DNA of 64,000 nucleotides from positions 2,852,001 through 2,916,000 of the forward strand of contig OX337232.1 of assembly GCA_946965045.2 (NCBI GenBank), read 5' to 3'. This DNA is from Epithemia pelagica. Taxonomy: Eukaryota; Protista; Bacillariophyta. Position numbers and translations under genes: made by a program. This document shows positions 22,756 to 33,144 of this stretch, in pieces (position 1 is the stretch's first letter; each line of letters opens with the position of its first letter). The notes beneath the pieces were generated by a model. That model had not been told where the DNA came from. It did no database searches and was given only the letters and a program-made list of their open reading frames with translations.

Positions 22756-24019
22756 CAAATCTCTCTGCTTGAAGTAGGGAACACGACGACGCCTCCACCA
22801 AACGTTTTGTCGTGTCTCAAGATGCCCATATTTTCTGTTACCTCAAGAATGTGAACCGTATTGCGTGTGGTGGATGGACTGACTGGACAACCGTGTGATG
22901 AGGCTGCTAGCGATACGGGAAAATGGCGATGTTCCCTTCTGCATAACATCGCCAAGACCAACCTGTGGACGATTTCTGCATCAAAGCTCGACGGTGAAAT
23001 GATTGGTCGAGATTGATGGCGGATGGCAATATGGAACCATGGGAGATATCAGCGTTATAAGCGCAGAGGACGATTGATGGCGGTGTGGAGTCATGCGAGA
23101 TCTCAGCGGTATAAGCGCAGGGGACGATACTCATGCATGTATGTGTTGGAAAATGGCAATGCGAAGATTTTTGTACCACCAATCTTTGCGGAAAAGGGTT
23201 CTGTTTGGCAGTTGGTGTGAGATTCCGTGTTTTGCAGACACTTCTGCTCTTGTGGATTGCGCTTTTCAAGTCATATCGGTGTCCTTGTATCCCTGCAAAC
23301 GGAATCGATCCGTCCTTCTAGTTGTGGAATAGTACAATAGTAACCATGATAGTGTTAGGATTTCACCGACCCTTGTTCACAGCGAGTGCCACGACACCTA
23401 TATGTATTGTAGCTGCAAACCGACTTGAGAAGCGCGACCAACCAACAGTCCGACCATGTTCTATGGGATGCAATACGAAAGACATTATTGCAATGGGTCG
23501 TTGTCTTGGACCTTGGAACGAATCAAGGTCGTTTCTCCTCTGTCAACGTGTGTTTTTTTTGTCTCATGGTTTCCAAAAAATGAGACCGATTCTTTTGGTG
23601 TGTTTGAAAATTCAAACTGCGAAAGGATTCCCGGCGACGTTGAGTGGTGGTGCGACATCAACAAGTGCTTCCGAAATAGACACAAATTGACGTATGTTTC
23701 GGTCCAAGCCATCAACCACAATCAATAGAAAACGAAGAAGAAAGGAGAGAGAGCGAGGAGATCTCTATCCGTATTCCAAAAGACACACTTGAAAAGAAAA
23801 GAACGACACATACAAGGCCTCCACAAGCACCAAGCGAAAATCGAGAGCCGGATCCATCAGAGAAATCAACTGCCAAGCAAGGGCGAGAGCAACTCTTGAC
23901 ACTGCATCAACACAAGGTTCCCTCAAGCTCCCAACGAACTTCTGCTCCACGAAGCACAGGGTCTTGTGTACCAGAGGCCAGAGTGACCCCCCTTTTGTTT
24001 GTTGTTGTCTCAATGAACC

Positions 24020-27000
24020 ATGCAGTGTGAGACACGACAAGAACAACAACAATGGCAAGATGACGTTGGGACACATACTGCCACTAGCATAACGTGGCGC
24101 AAGTTTCGTCGTCGTCGTCATGGTCGTCCGCAAGGCTGGTGGCTGGTTGTCGTCGTCGTCGTGTTGGCACTCCAGCAACAATGGTCGTCTTTGAATCCCC
24201 CCGGGTTTGTTGTCGTTCACGCGTGGAACAGCAATGTTCAATGGCCCTTTCAACAAGCGATTCAAGCGGCTCAAAAGCATCGATCCTGGTCCTCCTTGGT
24301 GTTTGGGGGGTGGAATGTTGCACCAGAACAGGAATGGAATGCCTTGTGGAATCGGGCCATTGATTTGTATCATCGGGCGACACGAACTTCATCGTCGTCA
24401 ACGTCATCGTCGTCCTGGCGTCCCTCGTCGCCCCATGCCGCAGTCGTGTTGGAAGAATTGACCAAATTAATCACCACCTTGGGCACCTGTCGTCCCAGCA
24501 GCAGCAAAGACGACGACGACACGTCCAACAACCAGAACAACAAATTGACACCCCATTCCATTTCCATGATGCAGGGTGCGTTGGATGCCATTGAAGCACA
24601 AGTGGTACGAGAAGAACAAGATCAACAACAAGCGGCCCTTCTCGAGGCACAACGACGAATACAAACCATGACACCCACCACACGGGATGTCACCACGTCG
24701 GAATCACCACCGTCCTTCTCGCAATGGTCGCCCTTTGGTGGAGGACGACGACGACGACGGTCACGGTCGGACAAGCCCGACGACGACAAGTACGACGAAA
24801 ATGGCAATTCCCTAACGGACTACAAGGAGGATCCCATGGTCGTCTTGGTTCGAGCTGCTCAATGCATTGCTCGGGCCATTCAAGATCCCACTGTGGATCC
24901 GGCCCAAGTTCAACCCTTGGTCCATGCCTATGCCAAGGTCAAGGCACAATTGACCGTTGCCCAAGAAACCAATGACGACAATCATGACGACGACGACAAG
25001 GACAAGACGTTGCCCTATTTTATGCAACCATCGACAACGCCAAATCCCAGGACACGCCACAATAACAACAACAACAACCAGGGCTCCGTTATGGAACAGG
25101 GCAGTCGCAAGTTGGAGCCGGAGGATACCAGCAACCAGGACGAAACGGGACGAACATGGTGGAAACCATGGGAGTCGTTCTCCTCCTCAACCACCACGGC
25201 TCCCTTGTCGACCATGACTCGAGCCTGGTACAACCAAGCCTCGGTACCACAAAATCCATGGCAAACCACACAACCACAACCCTCCGAGACGGTCGATAGC
25301 AGTCCTACTTCAACCACAATGGATTCCATGTCAATTCTCAATCCACAAGGTCCCATGCCACGACGACCAACACGCATTCGTGTCGCGTCCTCCCAACCGC
25401 CACCACAAGAATCCACGACATTGACCCAATCCAACGCCCCCGGGATTTCAACCGCAACCACCGTCGCCACACCCGGGATTGCTGCACAAAAAGAAGAAGA
25501 ACAAGAACCATCCAAGGCTTTTGCGTCACCTCTGCAATCGCCACAACCAGCACAAGTACAACCACCTGCACAAACACAAACAGTAACGACTCCTCCTCCT
25601 CCACCAACGCAGCAAGCACAAGCCCAACCAGAAACGACTCCACCACCACCACAAAAATCACAATCACAACCAGTAACAAGTCCACCACCACAGCAACAAG
25701 AAGCACCAACACAACGTACATCGGGTGAATCACCGCCCAGCCCTCAAGCCACGTCAATGGCCCTTTCACCACCACAGCCACCATCTCCCGTATCGTCGTC
25801 AGTGCCCTCGCGCAGTCGACTCCAACCAGAACCACTCTGGCAAGCTCCTGCCAGTTTGCAACCCAGCATGGATTTGGCACAGCAATTGGAAGAAACACTT
25901 TTGTCAGATACAGGTTCGATGGATCCAGTACAAAGCTTTGTCAATTCCTTGGCTGCACAAGCACCCAAACCAGACTCGGAATCCTCCAGGACAACGACTG
26001 CTTCTACGACTACTCGTGCATCGTCACCGTCGACAACCCCTTATGTCCCTGCTACTGCTTCGTCTTCGTTTTCGTCTTCTGAAGCTGCAACTCAAAAGTC
26101 TCCTCAAGCATCGTCTTTTGCAGAAACGAGCGGTATGCCTGGACCTTTTCCTTCGATTCCAGCTCCAACATCCATGACCAATCCAACATCATCGGCCACG
26201 CCAACCATGGTGGACACGAATGCTACGGCACGCATGGAACAATTTGTCGAATCGTTGAGGGCCATTCGGGAAGGAAAGTCCGTTGCACCCAGTACAGCAA
26301 CAACAACGACGACCAACACTGCCTCAACAATGGCCATACCACAGCCTCTGTCAACACCCTCCGAGGTCGACCCAGCACCAACAACAACCGCCTCGGTCGA
26401 CCAATCCGATGTTGCCAGTCTCATGGAACGTGTCCAACAAACATTGGACGCTGAACAGGCACCACAAGAAGAGGCGATTTCATCCGTCACGGACACGGTA
26501 GAAACGACCCGACAGAATCCGTTCACAACAACGAATAGGGATGGACCAGAACGATTGACGCCTCATCCACCCAATGCTCCACCACCGTTGGAGGACGTGA
26601 CCATGGAGGGTCGTCATCGTCCTCCTCCTTCGTCCCCAGTGGACCGCCACATGCGACGTGTCCAGGAAACGGCCCAGAATCTCAACAGTCGCTTCTCGTC
26701 CATGCTGGAATACAGCGACTTGGTTCCCGGAGAGGATTCCAAGGACATGTTCAATGGTGCAAAGGCTATCGACGACCAAGACTACTACCATGGCATGAAC
26801 GACCAGGACCCCAAGGAACAGTTAAAAGTCCAATTGCAACACCTCGAACGTCAAATGGACAAATACCTCAAAGACGAACAGGCTTGGGAGGAAGTGGAAG
26901 AAGGGTGGGATTCGGCCATGCAATTTTGGGTTACCGAAGCATCACCGGCGGTCCGGGAAGGATTTGCCACGGCCTGGAAACAAATTAGTACGGCGTGGAG

Positions 27001-27817
27001 TATGGTGTACCAAATCTTGGTACAACAAAACAAGGCGTCCTGGGTCCCTCGATGGGCCTTGCCCCCACCATCGTCGTCTAGTAATAACTTGATGGATCAG
27101 TTACGACCGGAACGATGGACCGCGTGGGCCCGTCAATTGTCGTGGGTCGAAACAGGCAATGACAGTGTGGGGCACCAGTCTCCCAATCCAACACCCTCTA
27201 CTGCTGCTGCTGCTTCGTCTTCGTCTCCTCAAGTCATTTCGAAGAAACCAAGAAAGGGCAAGGGCGGCGAAAAGGACTATGACGCCATGGCTACAGCCGA
27301 TCCAGACAAGTATGTCGAACCGGAATGGACCCGTTTGGCGGCGGAATGGACTCGGCTCAATAGCGACACGTCCGAATCGACGAAACCATCCAACAACACA
27401 CCAACCAAACCACCCAACACAATGGTCGTTGCCGCCGCAGAAGCACGACCAGTAGTATCCCCGGATTGGTCGCAACTTGCCCAGGAATGGGCTTCCCGAA
27501 ACCGTGACGAGACGCAAGCACGACAAGGCCAACCCGAGGAAACATTCTCCCGTGATGATGATGGAATGATTGAGAATTCGTCGGAATCCAGCAAGGATAA
27601 CCAAGATAATATCCACGAAGACTCTTGGCAAGATCTTGCCCAAGCATGGAAAAGTAGAAACAGCGAAGATCAACAGCAAGAACAACGGCAATACGAAACA
27701 CCCAAGGTATCTTTGGGTACCAAAGCAAAGCCTGCAACAGCAGACGATACAACCCAAGTGAGCTGGCAGTCCTTGGCCAATGATTGGGCCGAACGAAATC
27801 GTGATTTGCACCCTTGA
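24020..27817 (+). CDS. Gene D: large low-complexity protein with possible plastid leader and four C-terminal WxxLAxxWxxxN motifs
   Basis: 1265-aa ORF. Hydrophobic stretch GWWLVVVVVVLAL then VVVHA|WNS. P/T/S/Q-rich core. WTRLAAEWTRLN, WSQLAQEWASRN, WQDLAQAWKSRN and WQSLANDWAERN near the C-terminus. Confidence 0.7.
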   Translation: MQCETRQEQQQWQDDVGTHTATSITWRKFRRRRHGRPQGWWLVVVVVVLALQQQWSSLNPPGFVVVHAWNSNVQWPFQQAIQAAQKHRSWSSLVFGGWNVAPEQEWNALWNRAIDLYHRATRTSSSSTSSSSWRPSSPHAAVVLEELTKLITTLGTCRPSSSKDDDDTSNNQNNKLTPHSISMMQGALDAIEAQVVREEQDQQQAALLEAQRRIQTMTPTTRDVTTSESPPSFSQWSPFGGGRRRRRSRSDKPDDDKYDENGNSLTDYKEDPMVVLVRAAQCIARAIQDPTVDPAQVQPLVHAYAKVKAQLTVAQETNDDNHDDDDKDKTLPYFMQPSTTPNPRTRHNNNNNNQGSVMEQGSRKLEPEDTSNQDETGRTWWKPWESFSSSTTTAPLSTMTRAWYNQASVPQNPWQTTQPQPSETVDSSPTSTTMDSMSILNPQGPMPRRPTRIRVASSQPPPQESTTLTQSNAPGISTATTVATPGIAAQKEEEQEPSKAFASPLQSPQPAQVQPPAQTQTVTTPPPPPTQQAQAQPETTPPPPQKSQSQPVTSPPPQQQEAPTQRTSGESPPSPQATSMALSPPQPPSPVSSSVPSRSRLQPEPLWQAPASLQPSMDLAQQLEETLLSDTGSMDPVQSFVNSLAAQAPKPDSESSRTTTASTTTRASSPSTTPYVPATASSSFSSSEAATQKSPQASSFAETSGMPGPFPSIPAPTSMTNPTSSATPTMVDTNATARMEQFVESLRAIREGKSVAPSTATTTTTNTASTMAIPQPLSTPSEVDPAPTTTASVDQSDVASLMERVQQTLDAEQAPQEEAISSVTDTVETTRQNPFTTTNRDGPERLTPHPPNAPPPLEDVTMEGRHRPPPSSPVDRHMRRVQETAQNLNSRFSSMLEYSDLVPGEDSKDMFNGAKAIDDQDYYHGMNDQDPKEQLKVQLQHLERQMDKYLKDEQAWEEVEEGWDSAMQFWVTEASPAVREGFATAWKQISTAWSMVYQILVQQNKASWVPRWALPPPSSSSNNLMDQLRPERWTAWARQLSWVETGNDSVGHQSPNPTPSTAAAASSSSPQVISKKPRKGKGGEKDYDAMATADPDKYVEPEWTRLAAEWTRLNSDTSESTKPSNNTPTKPPNTMVVAAAEARPVVSPDWSQLAQEWASRNRDETQARQGQPEETFSRDDDGMIENSSESSKDNQDNIHEDSWQDLAQAWKSRNSEDQQQEQRQYETPKVSLGTKAKPATADDTTQVSWQSLANDWAERNRDLHP

Positions 27818-28127
27818 CGACAACGACAAACTCATTCGTATGGATTCGATCTGGGTTCTGTTGATTTTAGGAAATACTATTCGTTTCGACGGACCCTATT
27901 CGTTGACTCCACAAAAACTATGCAAAGTTGTATACGAGCAAAACTGCCACGGTAGTCCCACAGTTTCTCTGTATCATAACCTAGAGCCGCCGTCTTTATT
28001 TTTACAAATCTTTCCATGAAACATATAATTCTTTGTTGTATATGATTATACTTCATGACGCAAGAGCCATCCTAGGAAATAGATCGATCTAATCCATGGG
28101 TAAAGATGATCCTCCCAACAAACTGCA

Positions 28128-28246
28128 AAAGAACAACACCCGGGATTCCAACGTGGTCACCCACCGTAGTACTAACCGGGCCCGACGATGCTTAACTTCG
28201 CTGGGCAGACGGGAAGCGGTGCTGTCATCGTGGTATGGTCATTCCT
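28128..28246 (-). rRNA. 5S rRNA gene, copy 3 (variant)
   Basis: Full-length copy with three substitutions relative to copy 2 and an intact TTTT terminator. Confidence 0.88.
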
Positions 28247-28398
28247 ACCATTGCCATAATAGCCACAGTATATAATCGTAAGCTGTACATCCATTGGTCA
28301 AAGGATGGATCCATGCATTGTTCCTGCTTGTGTCGTTGTTGTTTGTTTCGCTCCAATCTAGAATCTTATAGGAAACAGCATCGACAGTCTGTCTCAGA

Positions 28399-31326
28399 AT
28401 GGCAAGTCCCACTCGAAAGACACCAACAGCGCCGACCGCGGCGGTTACATCGCCTCCTCCGGCCGCAGCAGCAGTGGGAGAATCACATCGAGTGTATTGG
28501 CAACAATGGTTGCCGACTCGTCGCGGACCTTCCACCAATAGCAGCAACAGCACGAATGCAGCTACCCACACGACCGCTCCCAATGCGGCTGCGACAACGG
28601 CCACCAAATCCGCTGTCGCTCTGAATCGTCGGAGTGGAACCGCTCATTCATCGACGACAACAACCACAACCACAACAAGTAGCAGCAGTGCTTCCAGCAG
28701 TCCGTCGCCGTTGGTGCGTCGTGAATGGATTACCTCGTCGGTGGCCGTTCGCATGACACTGGAAGCCCGTGCCATGGATGTGACCAATTTGTTGCGCGAT
28801 CGATTGGGATTGAATCCACCCTCAACAACGACGACACCGTCGTCCACTCCAGCCGCCAAACCCAACGATGCCTTGGTGTTGGTGGGAACCTTGTATTCCT
28901 TGCCCTTGAATCATGTTCAATTTGAGACTCTGGACGACAGCCTTTCTTCGAATGGCACACTTGCATCCAGAACCGCCGCTTTGGCAGCAACAACGACAAC
29001 CAGTTCTCGATCCAACCACATCAATAACACTCAGAGCAGTGGACGATCGGAACCCGTCCATTTGGTCTATACCTTACGACCCGACGAATCGCCCTTGGAA
29101 TTGTATCACCGTATGCAACAACGCATTCAGACCCTCTCGTCGTCGTCATCATCGTCATCCTCACACGCTCATCCATCACCACAACAATCACAACCGTCAT
29201 GGCAATCCTTGCAACCAACGAGTCGACCCATCATGGCACCGCAATTGCAATGGTTTTTTGTCCCCGATGTTCCCAGTACCAATAATAACAGTACAACGAC
29301 AACCGCCAGTCATCCCCACTGGAGCATTCCCAATTGTTTGCATTTGGAAGGCTATTGTACATCCATGGAAGACAATGAGAGTGAGGAGGACGATGACGAA
29401 AATCACACGGGTATGGTCTTTGATGATGATGATGACGACGACCAGGACGAAACCAAGGGTGACAACAACAACAACAAGAGGACGGCTACAACTAGCAACA
29501 ACTCACTCCAAGAGGAAATGGAAGCCAAGTTTCCTTGGTTGCGACCCTCCGGTTCCGCGGATTCCAATGCGAACGACGACACCAATGACAAGCAAGACGA
29601 GGAGGGCAAGGATGCATCACCATCATCATCATCATCACACCAGCAACGTCAACGACAACGACGACACCGTTGGAATCGGATTCGGACCCGGGAACGCCAA
29701 CGAGCCCAACAATTCGATCAGTGTCGAGGATCTCGCCACGGATCGTCCTCGACGACAACAGGGACAACGGCAGCGGCATCGACGACGATGACCACGGCCA
29801 AAAAGACCATGACGACTCCCCGTCGTCCCCTGCGTTCCCCTTCTACGCAGTGCATGTCGGGATACTTGTTGAAACAATGTCACGTCGATCGTCATGTCTG
29901 GAGACGCATGTATTGTGTCGTCACGGACGATTACTTGTGGTTTCAAACTCGAATCTATCATCATCATTATTATTCTTGTTCGGATTCCTCTGGGACAACC
30001 GACCGTCCAGGTACAGCACCAGCCAACGAGGAGGAATCGGAAGAAATGTATTCGTGGAGTCGTCATGGTCGATTGCGTTTGACACGAGCGCTCTTGTTAC
30101 AGCCCGTTGTACGAGATGTGGGGCCGACCAACCACAATCCATCGTCGTCGTCATCCTCCTCCTCCATGTCGACCACTCTGCCAACACCCTTGGATCGAAC
30201 TCCCCATGCCTTTGAATTGGTGACACCGGATGGGACCAGTCATGTCTTTCGAGCGACCAATCCACACGAACAAGGACAATGGATTCGGGTCTTGTCGGAA
30301 CGCATGGTCCAATCGTATGAGAATTCCTTGTTGGAACAAGCCCAATTGTTGTTGGTCGATGAGTGTCAAGCCCAATGTCAACGCATGGAACAAACGGTCT
30401 TGACCATGGGACAGGATCTACATGCGTCCGGCAGTTCTTGGAGTGAACCTACCCAGGAGGCAACCTCTCCCCAGTCTCGGACGTTCGGATGGTTTGTCTT
30501 TCCCAAACCCTTTGCCAATGACAACAACCACAAGAACGACCAGAAGGACACGCCCCACAAGTTCTCCTCGGACAAGTGTTTGATTCGACGACACTGCTTG
30601 TTGCAATGGGCCTTACAAGTATCGGATTATCGTGAATGTTGTCGTTATGTCCAATCCATATTGCCTCCTCCCCGTCCGGTTGTGGCAGCCTCGGCCATGA
30701 ATGCGGCCGTGGCTGCTGCTCAAACCAGCACACCCTCCAAAACGAACTCCACGACCACTGCGACTGCCACACCCAACAACAACCACAATAGTACCGACAA
30801 GGCCCCACGACGTCCTTCCCTCAAAACACATGCGGCCGCGGCCATTGCGGTCTTGTCCTTGCAACAACATCACGATGTATCATCATCGTCGTCCTCGTCA
30901 TCTTCATGGGCCATGTCCTCGTCTCGTGCCTTTTCCCCTCATGTTCGTTCGTGGATCCGCGAGTGTTGGATTCGGGCGACACGTTTGTTGCAAGTTTTGT
31001 CGGCGGGTCCGTCGCCACCCTTTTGTGTCCTGGTCGATCCCGAATCCAACACTCCCAAAACGACCACGACCACAAACACGGAGAAGGCCATGGTCTTTTC
31101 CTATCCACGTCGCATTGAAACCTTGCTTCGACACATTGAATATGTCATTACGGGACGACATGCCGCCCGCCCGACGGGTCGTAGTGGTACTTCTACTAGT
31201 ACTAGTAGTACTACGACGGGGGATGCCACAGTTCATCAAACCATGCCACCACCCCTCGACTTGTTTGATCCCTTGTTGCGGGAACTTCAGACCTTGGTGG
31301 CACCCGATCAAGATCCGGATCGATAA
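28399..31326 (+). CDS. PH-domain protein with possible N-terminal Ras-association (ubiquitin-like) domain
   Basis: PH signature MSGYLLKQ...WRRMYCVVTDDYLWF...AFELVTPDGTSHVFRA...EQGQWIRVL. The N-terminal VAVRMT...AMDVTNLLRDRLGL...LRPDESPLEL segment resembles an RA fold (weaker call). Confidence 0.65.
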   Translation: MASPTRKTPTAPTAAVTSPPPAAAAVGESHRVYWQQWLPTRRGPSTNSSNSTNAATHTTAPNAAATTATKSAVALNRRSGTAHSSTTTTTTTTSSSSASSSPSPLVRREWITSSVAVRMTLEARAMDVTNLLRDRLGLNPPSTTTTPSSTPAAKPNDALVLVGTLYSLPLNHVQFETLDDSLSSNGTLASRTAALAATTTTSSRSNHINNTQSSGRSEPVHLVYTLRPDESPLELYHRMQQRIQTLSSSSSSSSSHAHPSPQQSQPSWQSLQPTSRPIMAPQLQWFFVPDVPSTNNNSTTTTASHPHWSIPNCLHLEGYCTSMEDNESEEDDDENHTGMVFDDDDDDDQDETKGDNNNNKRTATTSNNSLQEEMEAKFPWLRPSGSADSNANDDTNDKQDEEGKDASPSSSSSHQQRQRQRRHRWNRIRTRERQRAQQFDQCRGSRHGSSSTTTGTTAAASTTMTTAKKTMTTPRRPLRSPSTQCMSGYLLKQCHVDRHVWRRMYCVVTDDYLWFQTRIYHHHYYSCSDSSGTTDRPGTAPANEEESEEMYSWSRHGRLRLTRALLLQPVVRDVGPTNHNPSSSSSSSSMSTTLPTPLDRTPHAFELVTPDGTSHVFRATNPHEQGQWIRVLSERMVQSYENSLLEQAQLLLVDECQAQCQRMEQTVLTMGQDLHASGSSWSEPTQEATSPQSRTFGWFVFPKPFANDNNHKNDQKDTPHKFSSDKCLIRRHCLLQWALQVSDYRECCRYVQSILPPPRPVVAASAMNAAVAAAQTSTPSKTNSTTTATATPNNNHNSTDKAPRRPSLKTHAAAAIAVLSLQQHHDVSSSSSSSSSWAMSSSRAFSPHVRSWIRECWIRATRLLQVLSAGPSPPFCVLVDPESNTPKTTTTTNTEKAMVFSYPRRIETLLRHIEYVITGRHAARPTGRSGTSTSTSSTTTGDATVHQTMPPPLDLFDPLLRELQTLVAPDQDPDR

Positions 31327-32409
31327 AAGAATGGAATGAACTGGAAGCAGAAGCAGTAGCAAACACTATCATGATCCGGAACGATACATAGATGGAAGCA
31401 ACGGACCAACAGATTTACTACATGGCAAGCCCACAGATTTTCAATGGGGTTCCACCAGCACAGCAGTCTGTCTGCGACTGTATGCATGTGCTCTCTCTCT
31501 CTCTCTCTCCTGTATCTTTCAAGTAGATACTCTTGGAATGGCATTGGAAAATCGATGGTTTTGGTTCCAACCAACCTGTAATGGAAATGGATTTCTGCAC
31601 GACAGCTTGTCATTGCTTTTCAAGCGATGGGCGAATCGGCGTTTCTTTCCGTCTTCTTGGTCCAGTGCCATTCAGAAAACTACTCTTGGATTCACAGTTG
31701 AATAAAAAAGATGAGTTTACAACCACAACAAGCCATTCCTTGCTCTGAGGGTCTTGATGATATGTTCCCCTTTTTCTTGGATGTTGGGTCAAATGGGTCC
31801 CTTTTCGACAAAGTATCAAGCAATGACTTGTCCTTCGAAGGCGGCTCTGTCGATTAACTAGTGCATTCTCTCCCTCTGAAGCACTAGAAACATGCGGTGC
31901 ACCTGTGGTATTCCAGCGATAACGATAGCGGTCATGAGTTTTGAGTCCAGAGTTGTTGCGAAGGGACCTGCCATGGTTGACCAGCAATTGTCATGGATAT
32001 GTTGCGTGTGGAGAACGGCTTGTAGGATTGTTCACGTGCTTTCATCCTGATCGCAAACAGAAACTTGGCAATTGACACCCCAACTACAGGACACTTCTTG
32101 AACAACATTTAGGACATTACAATGAACCTGCAGTTTGCATATGTCTCCATTTGATCAATTCGTCATGTCCGTCTATGCGATCAACAGACAACAACGATCA
32201 CATGTCTAGAAATTTATCACTGAAATAAGAGGGAATGGTTAACACATAGATCACGTATGTTTAGCAGTTAAAATGTAGTTATGTAATATGTAAAAGTTTC
32301 CGATGTCGTTTCCGAATAGTCAAATCCACTTCCTCAACGAGACCAATTCATGGCCTACCCGACCCCAGAGAGTATCATCATCGTGTTTGAGAGTGTTCAA
32401 CGTGAACTC

Positions 32410-33144
32410 TTAGTTAGTGGGGCTATTCCCTGAGAAACTTGACAAACTTGGAGGAGTGTCTTCTACCAACATGCGCTTGCCGCCCTTGCCGCCCTTGCCA
32501 CTCTTCTTGCCACTGTATGATGGACCACGGTAGTATCCGCCGCCGCCACCATAGCCCACTGGAATCAAAGCAAAGATGGGGAAATCTCTTCCAGGATATG
32601 GGAAGTAGCCACCGCCATAGCCTCCGCAGCCTCCGTAGTAGTAGTCGTCATCACTGCCCTTCTTGCCGCTGCCACTCTTCTTGCCGTAGGAGTAGTCATC
32701 ATCATAGCCATATCCTCCGTAGCCATATCCACAGCCGCCAAAGCCGTAGCCGTAGCCGAATCCAAGGCCACCGCCATAGCCGTATCCGCGTCCATAGCCA
32801 TAGCCGTATCCACGTCCGTAGCCACGTCCATAGTTGTAGTAAGGACGTCCGGGGTAGGGACCGTACCAGTAGTCGTAGTAGTCGTAGCCACCCTTCTTGC
32901 CTCCACCTTTGCCTTTCTTACCGCCATAATAGTCATCATAGTAGTAGTCATCGTAGTAGTAGTCATCATAGTAGTAGTCATCATAGTAGTAGTAGTGGTC
33001 ATTAAGGTAATAATCGTCATAGTAATCATCATAATAGTCGTCGTAATGGGCCATATCATCGCCCATCATATCGTCGCCCATCTTGTCGTCGTCCCATGCC
33101 TTAACGACAACGGCAAAAAGAAGAGAAAGGAGCGCAATTCTCAT
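32410..33144 (-). CDS. Secreted Tyr/Gly/Asp/Lys-rich protein, cingulin-Y-like (silica cell-wall matrix candidate)
   Basis: Signal peptide MRIALLSLLFAVVVKA, followed by (YYDD)n, GYG repeats, Lys blocks GKKGKGGGKKGG / GKKSGSGKK / KKSGKGGKGGK and an RXL motif (KRML) near the C-terminus. Confidence 0.7.
   Translation of the reverse strand: MRIALLSLLFAVVVKAWDDDKMGDDMMGDDMAHYDDYYDDYYDDYYLNDHYYYYDDYYYDDYYYDDYYYDDYYGGKKGKGGGKKGGYDYYDYWYGPYPGRPYYNYGRGYGRGYGYGYGRGYGYGGGLGFGYGYGFGGCGYGYGGYGYDDDYSYGKKSGSGKKGSDDDYYYGGCGGYGGGYFPYPGRDFPIFALIPVGYGGGGGYYRGPSYSGKKSGKGGKGGKRMLVEDTPPSLSSFSGNSPTN

Noticed and set aside
23030-23135. Two imperfect 54-bp repeats within a 120-aa minus-strand ORF
   Set aside because: Only two copies and no evidence that the ORF is a gene.
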